64,000 bases of DNA, taken from positions 1 to 64,000 of IMG/VR virus record IMGVR_UViG_3300009034_000007; one strand, 5' to 3'. The number at the start of each line of letters is the position of its first letter. Position 1 is the stretch's first letter. Origin of the DNA: a virus. This document shows positions 48,750 to 57,955 of the stretch, piece by piece. Under the pieces are notes generated by a model. The model was not told where the DNA came from. It saw only the letters and a list, made by a program, of their open reading frames with translations, and searched no databases. The translations under genes were made by a program, and so were the position numbers.

Positions 48750-48916
48750 CTCAAGAGGAAAAAATAGAAATTGTGGAAGCAAAACTACCTGTGTATAGAT
48801 GGAAAGTTAGGGTTTTACCTGCAATTGATATTTGTACAGAAAAACGACCTAGTAGATGGGTACGGTTTTGGCAACGATTTTTTTTGAATTGGGTATGGGA
48901 GGAACTGGATGTTTAG
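48746..48916 (+). CDS. small hypothetical protein (56 aa)
   Basis: Manual translation MTQEEKIE...; RBS and overlaps at both ends. Confidence 0.5.
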   Translation: MTQEEKIEIVEAKLPVYRWKVRVLPAIDICTEKRPSRWVRFWQRFFLNWVWEELDV

Positions 48917-49808
48917 GAGATGTGTCTTCTATAACTGGTATGGAAACGGCGATCTGTTCAATTCTAGAGAATTCGTCAAAGATATCATGATGCAATTTCG
49001 TGATTTAGGTGTCAATGAATTTTATTATGCACATGGTAAAGTGCCACGATTTTTTGAGGATATCGATGACCTACAGTATATGCGTATCAATGAATTTTGT
49101 GATAACTCAAAACATTACAATTTTGCTGGTACAGATGCGTATGTGGATATATATATTAATACATGGATTGGCTTAGAAGCTAAATATGTCTTACCTGGAA
49201 TTGGGTGTACTATTCGTAAGAATCGTGAAATGTACAATGATATGTTTGCTGAGATGAACCTTTCCATTCATCTAGATAAAGATTATCTGGATTATCTCCC
49301 ACAAATTGATTTTTCCAAGATTAATCCAGACGCTATTAATCGAATGAACCTGTGGTTGTCTCAGCATCTAACTAAGAAAATTATAATTGCCAATGGACCA
49401 GTTCATTCAGGGCAAGCTGAAAACTTTGATATGAATCCGATTGTAGATATGATAGCGACTGAGTATCCAAATCGTTTGATTTTATATACTCAACGATTTG
49501 ATGCTGTACAGAAAAACGCAATTTATACAGGGGATATTACTCAAACTGAGGATGATTTTGACCTAAATGAGATTGCTTATCTGAGTTTAAATGCTGAGGC
49601 TGTGATTAGTCGAGCATCTGGACCTGCTACTTTTACTCAAGTTAAAGAAAATTGTCTAGATAAGCACATGAAATACATAGTATTTTCATACGGTCCCGCA
49701 GTTACATATTTTGCGTATCCTGACCATATACCAGCACAAATTCATTGGTCGGAGGCTACGGATAAGGATGAAATTATGGAAGTGATAAGGGAGGTATTAG
49801 ATGAGTAA
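48909..49808 (+). CDS. putative GT-B glycosyltransferase-like protein
   Basis: GNGDL near N-terminus, ISRASGP near C-terminus (GT9-like); cluster context. Confidence 0.45.
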   Translation: MFRRCVFYNWYGNGDLFNSREFVKDIMMQFRDLGVNEFYYAHGKVPRFFEDIDDLQYMRINEFCDNSKHYNFAGTDAYVDIYINTWIGLEAKYVLPGIGCTIRKNREMYNDMFAEMNLSIHLDKDYLDYLPQIDFSKINPDAINRMNLWLSQHLTKKIIIANGPVHSGQAENFDMNPIVDMIATEYPNRLILYTQRFDAVQKNAIYTGDITQTEDDFDLNEIAYLSLNAEAVISRASGPATFTQVKENCLDKHMKYIVFSYGPAVTYFAYPDHIPAQIHWSEATDKDEIMEVIREVLDE

Positions 49809-50700
49809 AACAGTTGTTGGTATAGTGACTTTCGGTAATTTACCTTTTACTAAATTGGCTATTGAGGGAGTACAAGCTACAGTTAAAAAGCCGTATGAAA
49901 TTTTCGTGGTGGTTGGTAAGCCAGGAGATATCGAAACTGCCTCGTACTTAGCGGAAAAAGGAATCAAACATGTTGTTCATGATGAGAATTGGGGATTTCC
50001 ATATTCATTGAATGATATTTATGATTTCACATGGAAGGATAATGATAATGACTATTTGGTTATCATGGGAAATGATGTAATCCCATACCCTAAAGCCATT
50101 GATGCATTGATTGAAACAGCAGATAGTCGGGAGTTTGAATGGGTATGTGCTAGTCAATATGATGTTCGAGACTTGTTGAAAACTCATCCAGAATTTCGAC
50201 CTTATTTCAATGCTAGTTGTAACGTGACAGATTTCAGCCATAGATGTTGGGAAACATTTACAAATTGGGATAGACCCATGAATGTTATTGGGCCTGGAAT
50301 GAGTGATGTTCATAACTTGGCTTTATATAAAAGATCAGTTTTCGAGAAGGTTGGTTATATTGATGTGAATTTCTATCCAGCATATTTTTCGGATAATGAT
50401 TATTGTCGTAGAAGTGCAAATCTTGGTATATCATCGTGTACTTTAACAAATGCTATGTATTTTCACTTCTGGAGTAGAACTATTTATCAAGAAACGGGTG
50501 GTTCAAACCATGAATTTTTTAGGGCAAACGCTTCATTTTATAATATTAAGTGGGGTGGCCCATTTGGAAGTGAACGTTTTACTGTTCCGTTCAATGGTAT
50601 TGAATATCCACTTTGTCCTGGAGTTAATTTGAAACCTGAAACAGAAATTTTTGACAGGGGACGTGAAAAGGATATTATTAAATATTGGATGTATAGATAA
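49801..50700 (+). CDS. GT2 family glycosyltransferase
   Basis: IVTFG, NWGF..S.N, MGNDV, VGYID.NF.PAYFSDNDYCRR. Confidence 0.85.
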   Translation: MSKTVVGIVTFGNLPFTKLAIEGVQATVKKPYEIFVVVGKPGDIETASYLAEKGIKHVVHDENWGFPYSLNDIYDFTWKDNDNDYLVIMGNDVIPYPKAIDALIETADSREFEWVCASQYDVRDLLKTHPEFRPYFNASCNVTDFSHRCWETFTNWDRPMNVIGPGMSDVHNLALYKRSVFEKVGYIDVNFYPAYFSDNDYCRRSANLGISSCTLTNAMYFHFWSRTIYQETGGSNHEFFRANASFYNIKWGGPFGSERFTVPFNGIEYPLCPGVNLKPETEIFDRGREKDIIKYWMYR

Positions 50701-52271
50701 TGCCTCCTATTGAAAAAATTACTCATGAAGATTTAATACTCTATGAAATAGTAAGACATCCAGTTCTTTTTGGTGAGTTTTTCAGAAATATTGACTTAAG
50801 ACCGCATGAGGAACCTTGGGAATTTACTATCTACCAAAAGGAATTCATATGTGATTTTGCAAATTATGTGAGTATTTGCTGTGGTCGTACCGTCGGGAAG
50901 ACGGAAGCCCTTGTAAGTGTTCTAATTTGGATTTTGGTAAATAATGTTTATAGAGGTGATTATGTAGTTTACACTGTACCCAATAAAGTCCACCTAGACC
51001 CTGTATGGGATGGCTTAGTAAAGTTCTTTCGAGGTAACTCGATCATATCTCAGTTTGTTGAGAAACGAAGTGGTATCAACTCATCTGATCATAATATTAA
51101 ATGTAACAATTATGCGTCACTTGATTGCCGAATTGCTGGCACGACTGGTACTGGAGCCTCAGTTGTAGGTATGCACACTCCTTTCGAGGTTTTGGATGAG
51201 GCGGGATTCTATCCGTGGGGGACTTGGATTGAATTACAACCTACTTTGAATACATGGGAACAGGGTTATCGACAAGTTGTATCAGGAGTTCCTACGGGTG
51301 TACGAGAGCAAAATGTACTTTACTATACAGATGAGATGGATGATGACTTTACCAAACATCGTATCTCAGCACACCAGAACCCTCGATACACTGAGGAAGA
51401 TGAGGCTAGAAACTTAGAGAAATATGGTGGTGTAGATGGACAAGACTATATCCATCACGTCTTAGGACGGCATGGAACACCTGTTTTTGCTGTATTTGAC
51501 CGAACATTAATGTCAATTGTGGAATATCCTGTATATAAAATTAAGATTGATGGTATCAAAATTACAGATGTGTCAGAAATTTATAGCAAAATCTCAAATG
51601 TTCCTCCGATTGAAAAACGGCATGATTATGTAATAATGGGAATTGACTTAGGTTACACTGACCCAACAGCCATTCATATTTTATATAATTCTGGTGGAAC
51701 TATAAAATATCATGCTCGGATTCAGCTAACAAAGGTTCCCTATCCTTTACAAAAACAAGTAATTAGTTTCATTGATGAACGATTTCAAAGACCTGACGTA
51801 ATTGGTATAGATGCTGGTGGTCCTGGTAAACCTGTTGTTCAGGATTTCTTAGAAGCTGAAGAATTTTTACATAAAGACTTCGTGAAGCGAATGATTCCTG
51901 TAGAGTTTGGTTCACAGCTAATTTTAGGACAGGATAATGATGGAAATGATATCAAGGTACGAATGAAACCATTTGCAGTTTCGTTAACTCAGGAATATGC
52001 AAACTCACATCGGATAGTGTTTTCATCCACAGATTATGAATTTATATCAGAACTAGAACGAACAACTTATACTAAGAATCCGAGTGGGGAAATTGTTTAT
52101 CGAACTCTTACGCCTAAAGGTGGACAGAGAGGTGATGATCACCATACAACTGCACTATTATGTGCAATGATAGCACAGTATCAATTGAAAGATGCTATAA
52201 CAAGACAACAGAAGAAACCGAGATTGTATACACCAACTTGGTTACAGAGGAGTAAGTGGATATATGACTGA
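50700..52271 (+). CDS. terminase large subunit
   Basis: CGRTVGKT, VLDEA, SGVP, GIDLG..DPT, DDH; located before portal. Confidence 0.88.
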   Translation: MPPIEKITHEDLILYEIVRHPVLFGEFFRNIDLRPHEEPWEFTIYQKEFICDFANYVSICCGRTVGKTEALVSVLIWILVNNVYRGDYVVYTVPNKVHLDPVWDGLVKFFRGNSIISQFVEKRSGINSSDHNIKCNNYASLDCRIAGTTGTGASVVGMHTPFEVLDEAGFYPWGTWIELQPTLNTWEQGYRQVVSGVPTGVREQNVLYYTDEMDDDFTKHRISAHQNPRYTEEDEARNLEKYGGVDGQDYIHHVLGRHGTPVFAVFDRTLMSIVEYPVYKIKIDGIKITDVSEIYSKISNVPPIEKRHDYVIMGIDLGYTDPTAIHILYNSGGTIKYHARIQLTKVPYPLQKQVISFIDERFQRPDVIGIDAGGPGKPVVQDFLEAEEFLHKDFVKRMIPVEFGSQLILGQDNDGNDIKVRMKPFAVSLTQEYANSHRIVFSSTDYEFISELERTTYTKNPSGEIVYRTLTPKGGQRGDDHHTTALLCAMIAQYQLKDAITRQQKKPRLYTPTWLQRSKWIYD

Positions 52272-53793
52272 AAAAGAAGATAACGTAGTTGTCGAAATGA
52301 CAGCAGAGGAAGAACCAAAAAAGCTTGCTAAAGCCTCGCATCAATATACGATTCTTCAGCCACAAAGGAAAACATCAACTCCGTGGTCCGCACGTGATAT
52401 TGATAAATTAACATTTGATGACAAGAAATGGAAAAATGTTGTTAAGGAATGTAGATATTACTATAAACGTGATCCTTTTGCTTCTACAGTTATCAATAAA
52501 ATGGTCGATTTATCAATTAATAATATTATTGTACGGGAAAAGACAGCACGGAAATCTATTAAGCTTGTTCTGGAGGCCATTAAAGGTGACTTATTGGTAT
52601 TCTTACGGAATGCCGCCTTAGAATATTTGCTTAGTGGATTAGTGGTACCAGAAATTTCGTTTGATGCTTATAACAAGACACAGCTACATGAATTAGGTAT
52701 AAAACGCTTTGAAAGATTAGTGTTACCTTCTGATATGTGGATTCGTGATCCTGGAACTATTGTTGTTAAAGACCCCGTCCTTGGAAGTAAAAAGTCTTAT
52801 TTAGTTGAAATTCCAGATGCATTTAGAACTTTTATTCTAAATAAGGGAGTGTATAGTGATGGTACAAAGGATAAAGAACTTTATAAACAATTAGTACAGG
52901 ATATGCCTGATTTCGTAAAGGCTGTCAGAAAAGGTGAAACAACGCTTCTATTGGATAACCCATTGGTAGTGCAATATCGAACTTTAGCTGGAGAAACATA
53001 TCCAACGCCATATTTATTCTCAGTATTAGAATCTCTAAAACATAAGCGGAATCTTAGGCGAATGGATTATTCTATTGCGGCTCGAATCATTACAGCTATT
53101 ATGCTTGTTCGATTAGGTAATGATGAATATCCTCTAACTGAGGATAACGAAGATCAGTTGGAAGCTTTGAAATTAGAAATGAGATGGCGAGAAACTCAGT
53201 CATCTAGAGAAATGGAACGAATTTTCCAGTTATTCGGAAATCATACATTAGATATTGAATGGGTTTTTCCTGATGTAAAGCCGTTACTTGATGATGTAAA
53301 ATATAAAAATATCAATCAAGATATTGCTGTAGGATTGGGATTTCCTAGAATTTTAATCACTGGAGAAACGGAACGGTCTTTCGCATCTGATCCAGAAATT
53401 GCTACAGTTTCACCAGTTTTAACAATGAATAGGATGCAAGATGCTATTACTCCAATTATGCGACGTATTGTTGATGAAATAGTAGCAGAAAATAATTTTG
53501 GTGGAAATCCAGAAGTAATGTTTGCTCCTATCAATTTAATGGCAGTTTCATCCTTTGTTGAAGGACTTCAAAATCTATATGACACTGGCAACTTATCTAG
53601 GGAAGATTATGCTAGAATATTTGGTTTTGATATATTTGAACAACTACTAAAACGTGAAGTAGAAAATAAACTCCTAGAGAAATTAGATTTAGAGGAGTTT
53701 GCTCCTGTTCCTCATAGTAATGAACCTGAAGTACCAGGAACAAATAAGAGTAAAACTAAACCTAAAAAGAAAAAGAAGAAGGAGGGTGAATAA
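52264..53793 (+). CDS. portal protein
   Basis: 509 aa after TerL; helical, I..GLGFP..L..G, basic tail. Confidence 0.8.
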   Translation: MTEKEDNVVVEMTAEEEPKKLAKASHQYTILQPQRKTSTPWSARDIDKLTFDDKKWKNVVKECRYYYKRDPFASTVINKMVDLSINNIIVREKTARKSIKLVLEAIKGDLLVFLRNAALEYLLSGLVVPEISFDAYNKTQLHELGIKRFERLVLPSDMWIRDPGTIVVKDPVLGSKKSYLVEIPDAFRTFILNKGVYSDGTKDKELYKQLVQDMPDFVKAVRKGETTLLLDNPLVVQYRTLAGETYPTPYLFSVLESLKHKRNLRRMDYSIAARIITAIMLVRLGNDEYPLTEDNEDQLEALKLEMRWRETQSSREMERIFQLFGNHTLDIEWVFPDVKPLLDDVKYKNINQDIAVGLGFPRILITGETERSFASDPEIATVSPVLTMNRMQDAITPIMRRIVDEIVAENNFGGNPEVMFAPINLMAVSSFVEGLQNLYDTGNLSREDYARIFGFDIFEQLLKREVENKLLEKLDLEEFAPVPHSNEPEVPGTNKSKTKPKKKKKKEGE

Positions 53794-54008
53794 TGCCCGC
53801 TGAATACGAAAATTGTGTAAAGAGTTATACAGCTAAAGGGAAGCCATTAAAGGATGCTAAACGGATTTGTGCAATTAGGTATTACAAGCTACATGGTAAA
53901 CGTCCTCAAGATGTACATAGTACTTTAGACCCTGAATCTATTGCTTTATTTGATATGATTGAGGTTATAGATAAAGCGGTAGGGAGTAGGTCTGAAAAAG
54001 AGGACTAA
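53793..54008 (+). CDS. hypothetical protein
   Basis: 71-aa coupled ORF. Confidence 0.6.
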   Translation: MPAEYENCVKSYTAKGKPLKDAKRICAIRYYKLHGKRPQDVHSTLDPESIALFDMIEVIDKAVGSRSEKED

Positions 54009-54044
54009 AAAGGTACAAAAAATAGCAAATTTGTTCTAATTTTA

Positions 54045-54076
54045 CCCATGAACCTGTTGTTTATGGTATAATTAAG
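54045..54076 (+). promoter_or_regulatory. putative late promoter, copy 2
   Basis: CCCATGAACCTGTTGTTTATGGTATAATTAAG, matches 31780..31811. Confidence 0.65.
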
Positions 54077-54092
54077 ATAATGAGGAAAGTTT

Positions 54093-55175
54093 ATGGAAAA
54101 ATTACAGATTACAACTGATATTTTAGCGTTCTTGGATAAGGATACGGATAACCTCCCGAAGGAGGTTGTCGCGGCTATTTCTCTTAATCCTACCTTACGG
54201 TGGATTAAATTTATCTTAACCGATGATAAACCCAACGCGAATCGACAACGCATCCCTCAAAGTGAATTCGCCAATCTTGTAAAGACTGGTCTACACATGC
54301 CTATTAAAATGGCCCAGGGATTTATTCGCGAAGGACACGAGTTTTCTGTTCCCATCGGTGCTATAACTAGTTTAAATATAAAAGAAGCTCTTGTAGAAGG
54401 TATTGCCGCTTTATGGGGAAAGGAATTTCCTAGTGAAGTCGATCTTCTAAAAGATATGCATACGACAGGTGAAAAACCTCAACTTTCTTGGGAGATTTTA
54501 TATGTAAATTCGGATATAGAAGATGAGACAGGAGTAGAAACATTTCAGGACGTTGCTCTCTCGGCGGCTACCATTGTTGGTATGCCAGCATACGAGGGCA
54601 GAACTCCGATTGTAAGCATGGCCGCGAAGGAAGCTTACAGAATTAAACAGGAGGCTATAGACGAAATGGAAGAGAAAATCAAAGAGCTAGAAGATTTGGT
54701 CAAGACTATGGAAAGTGAGAAGGCCGAACTTCAGATAAGCTTTGATGCTCTTAAAGAGGAACTGGAAGCCCTCAAAATTGAACATGCTGAGTTAACAACC
54801 TTCAAAGAGGAAGTTGAAGCGGCAGAAGCACGAGTAGAGCGCGTAAAAGCTTTGACAGAGTTATTCTCCAATACAGGAGTGCCTCTCCCTGAAGATTTCT
54901 TCGAGGATGAGGAAAAGGCAGAAAAATTACTCTCTATGGACCTCGATCAACTTACGTTTGTGGTTCAAGACCTTGCACTTTTCTCCAAAGATGAAACCAT
55001 CGAAGAAATTGAGGAAGCAAGCGAAGAAGATGATCCAGAAACGGAAGAAGCTGGCAAAAAGCATCTTGGCTCTAAGAACAAAATTCCAAATGTATCGAGC
55101 GAAGATGTAGACGATGAAGATTGGACTCCGTCCCGCATCGCTAAAAAGCTAAAAGAAGACCGTAAAAAGTCTTAA
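54093..55175 (+). CDS. prohead protease / scaffold fusion
   Basis: N.N.Q.I, GH, LSWEI, PAY protease-like N-half; acidic coiled-coil C-half. Confidence 0.7.
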   Translation: MEKLQITTDILAFLDKDTDNLPKEVVAAISLNPTLRWIKFILTDDKPNANRQRIPQSEFANLVKTGLHMPIKMAQGFIREGHEFSVPIGAITSLNIKEALVEGIAALWGKEFPSEVDLLKDMHTTGEKPQLSWEILYVNSDIEDETGVETFQDVALSAATIVGMPAYEGRTPIVSMAAKEAYRIKQEAIDEMEEKIKELEDLVKTMESEKAELQISFDALKEELEALKIEHAELTTFKEEVEAAEARVERVKALTELFSNTGVPLPEDFFEDEEKAEKLLSMDLDQLTFVVQDLALFSKDETIEEIEEASEEDDPETEEAGKKHLGSKNKIPNVSSEDVDDEDWTPSRIAKKLKEDRKKS

Positions 55176-55205
55176 TAATTGGCAATATTCTAGGAGGAAT
55201 GTTCG

Positions 55206-55784
55206 ATGGAAATCAATAAGATGACCGATGTTAGAGGCGTAGTTGCCGTTCAAGACATCACTGAAGGCCGTTTTGTCATGATTACCCCCAATATTGCGGG
55301 TACTATTGACTTCGGTTCAAGAAGTGATCTTGCTGGCGTGAAACTACCCGCTAATGCAACTGAAGCGGCTTTGGCTAGGTTCATTGTAACGTGGCCAGTT
55401 CCTTATCAGTCATTGCCAATGTATATTCCCACACCCGAACTCGCATTTTCATTGCGACGTGGTGGATTTGATCAAGCAGGAAACTTACCCATGACAGGTA
55501 CTACGATCCACCTGACTTGGCCAGGACAAAAACACGGGATTACGATTCCGTCTGGTTACTTGGCCCTTGCGTTTGGTGGTGGCGTATTTACTCTGCCTTC
55601 GGGCTATTGGGTAGACTCTGCGGACATCAGACTTGCTGGTAATCCGTTCACTATTTCTAACATTGCAGACCACGGTGCAACTGACGCAGGTAAACCACGC
55701 TACTCCGTAACAAACGTTGTGGGATACGTTGAGCGATACGATTCTTCAAACGACGATCTAGAAGTAAGAACTTTAGTTCCCTAA
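55206..55784 (+). CDS. capsid decoration/cement protein
   Basis: 192 aa between scaffold and major capsid protein. Confidence 0.55.
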   Translation: MEINKMTDVRGVVAVQDITEGRFVMITPNIAGTIDFGSRSDLAGVKLPANATEAALARFIVTWPVPYQSLPMYIPTPELAFSLRRGGFDQAGNLPMTGTTIHLTWPGQKHGITIPSGYLALAFGGGVFTLPSGYWVDSADIRLAGNPFTISNIADHGATDAGKPRYSVTNVVGYVERYDSSNDDLEVRTLVP

Positions 55785-55823
55785 AATTGTGAGCTGAAGT
55801 AATTCGGAGGTTTTAAACTAACC

Positions 55824-56732
55824 ATGAGCGATAAAGAATTTAAGGAAGCCTTGGCGGAATATATGCGTGATCCCGATCAGCGGGACGCGTTTGCTCAGAT
55901 TTTGGTGGAGTTTTTGGAGCCAAGCCATCTTACTACCGAAGTACTTAGCCTACTCTTAGATACACGTTCCTTGGAAGCAGGGGACTTGCTGGTGAAGAAA
56001 GTTCGCAAGGGGATTGAGGTTCGCACCTTAGTTCCTGGTGCTGTCCATTTAGCAAGTGAGATCACGATCTCTGATCGTATCAACTTCATTCTGGACGGTG
56101 CAGATGTGAAAGTCACCTATAATGAGTGGGAACTTGAACGTGGTGAGATTGGTACTGTCGAGAGCATTTCTGAGGAAATGCGAGACAAATTGCGGGATTA
56201 TTTTGTGAATAAAGTTTTCACAGCCCTTACTACAATTTGGAACGCCACTAATACCCCTGACAACTATACGGCTGTTGGTGGGCCTATTACTGGTGCGGCT
56301 CTCGAAAACGCCATTAATCGTATTAACTTAACAAGCCCTGGTGCAAAACTAATCGTAGGCGCACGTGCGTCTGTCACCCCGATTACCAAATTTGGTGCAT
56401 TCTGGAGTGATGGTACGACCACAGGCTACGCAGAAGAGCTAATCATGAAGATTTTCCAAGATGGTTGGCTTGGACGCTACTACGGTGTTCCCGTTCTTGC
56501 GTTAGAGCAGGTTTATGACAACCCTGAAGATTATCAGGCATTGATCCCCACTGACAAAGTGCTAGTGATTGGAGAAAAAGTTGGCGAGTTTATTAATTAC
56601 GGCGACGTAAAGACTAAACAATGGACCGACATGAACCCAACACCGCCACAGTGGTACCTGGAACTCTATCAGCAATTCGGTATGATTATCGATAATGCTA
56701 ATGGGATTTACGTACTAGGCAATATTGGCTAA
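55824..56732 (+). CDS. major capsid protein
   Basis: 302 aa, strong RBS, G.LGRYYGVPV pattern, followed by terminator. Confidence 0.8.
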   Translation: MSDKEFKEALAEYMRDPDQRDAFAQILVEFLEPSHLTTEVLSLLLDTRSLEAGDLLVKKVRKGIEVRTLVPGAVHLASEITISDRINFILDGADVKVTYNEWELERGEIGTVESISEEMRDKLRDYFVNKVFTALTTIWNATNTPDNYTAVGGPITGAALENAINRINLTSPGAKLIVGARASVTPITKFGAFWSDGTTTGYAEELIMKIFQDGWLGRYYGVPVLALEQVYDNPEDYQALIPTDKVLVIGEKVGEFINYGDVKTKQWTDMNPTPPQWYLELYQQFGMIIDNANGIYVLGNIG

Positions 56733-56758
56733 AGTTATTAAATAAACAGAGCAATTAC

Positions 56759-56790
56759 GAGGGGGAGAAAATCCCTTCTCCCCCTCTTTA
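56759..56790 (+). terminator. intrinsic terminator after major capsid gene
   Basis: GAGGGGGAGAA / TTCTCCCCTC hairpin followed by TTT. Confidence 0.6.
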
Positions 56791-56807
56791 AAAAATAGGA
56801 GGATATT

Positions 56808-57329
56808 ATGGTTAAGGAAGGTTTGACTCACGAGGTTTATTCAGCAATGCAGGTTGGTAAACCGTTCTGCACATACATTAAAACAATATTGGGTAAGGTC
56901 GCAGTTACGGTATTGAATCCCTTTTCGGGCGTACCAGAAGGGGTTATTCTAGAAGGGAATCCTAACGACCTCGATGCTTTTGAAACAATTACAGTACAAG
57001 TGTGGTCGTTACAAGAGGATGAATTCTTCAAACGTACAAATGCGTCACATTTCAAGTCGGGTAATGTCAGAGTTCTTAAAGAAGTTGAAGTACCAGTAAA
57101 AGAGCGATCTGTCAATGATATTACTGATGAGGAAATCGTGACGGTTTTAAATAAACCATTCCTAGCGTTGAAAAATAAACTCAATGCCTTTACATCAGTG
57201 GCTCCAGTCTATCGAGTGCTGAAACGAGCCGAGGACATGGAGAAATCCGAAAAGATTCTCAATTCTATACGAGCTAGATTAGCTGAATTAGAGCTTGAAG
57301 GAATACCACAACCTGAAGAAAACGAGTAA
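56808..57329 (+). CDS. hypothetical head-associated protein
   Basis: 173 aa, AGGAGG RBS. Confidence 0.65.
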   Translation: MVKEGLTHEVYSAMQVGKPFCTYIKTILGKVAVTVLNPFSGVPEGVILEGNPNDLDAFETITVQVWSLQEDEFFKRTNASHFKSGNVRVLKEVEVPVKERSVNDITDEEIVTVLNKPFLALKNKLNAFTSVAPVYRVLKRAEDMEKSEKILNSIRARLAELELEGIPQPEENE

Positions 57330-57332
57330 TAA

Positions 57333-57830
57333 ATGTCAATTACAGGTACTAACCTCAGTTACCTAATTCCGCGATTGCGGTTACATCTAGGCGATTTTAC
57401 TATGCCTTATAGATATTTAGATGAGTGGCTTGAAACCTCTCTAGTGGCGGCTGTTGAACTATTAATGCCCCGATGGAATTATAAATATCTATTGAATGAA
57501 ACTACACATGATGTAGAACGCAATCTAACGATTAGATTTTTATTCCAATCGCCCCCAATTGTGGAGCGAGGGGATATTTGGCCCATTGTGCTACAAGCGG
57601 CTATTATTATCAAGGAAGGTTCATTAGAAGGTCAATCATGGAACTTCGCATCCTGGCGTGACGCTGAAATCGCTTATTCTAACTTAGAATCAGCACGTTC
57701 AAAAGATGCATCTCTACAGCGGGATATCGAACTATTAGATACAATGCTTCCGTGGAGATCAAAGAGACTGGCTTTACCAATTAAAGGTCATTTACCTGGA
57801 TACCTTGATAATTTGTACGAGCATGATTAG
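57333..57830 (+). CDS. head-tail adaptor
   Basis: LI..LRL.LGD...PY.Y.DE.L pattern; position. Confidence 0.6.
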   Translation: MSITGTNLSYLIPRLRLHLGDFTMPYRYLDEWLETSLVAAVELLMPRWNYKYLLNETTHDVERNLTIRFLFQSPPIVERGDIWPIVLQAAIIIKEGSLEGQSWNFASWRDAEIAYSNLESARSKDASLQRDIELLDTMLPWRSKRLALPIKGHLPGYLDNLYEHD

Positions 57831-57955
57831 CAAAAGAGTGTAAAAAGGTTACAAGCGAACGCGGATATTCTCTTTTGCTATGAGGTTCTGAACCTGCCGC
57901 CTCGTATCATATTATAAACCGAGGCGGCCATAGAAATTTATAGGGAGAGGATGGT

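Noticed and set aside
57878-57933. Hammerhead ribozyme
   Set aside because: Three-way shape, but the CUGAUGA core is absent
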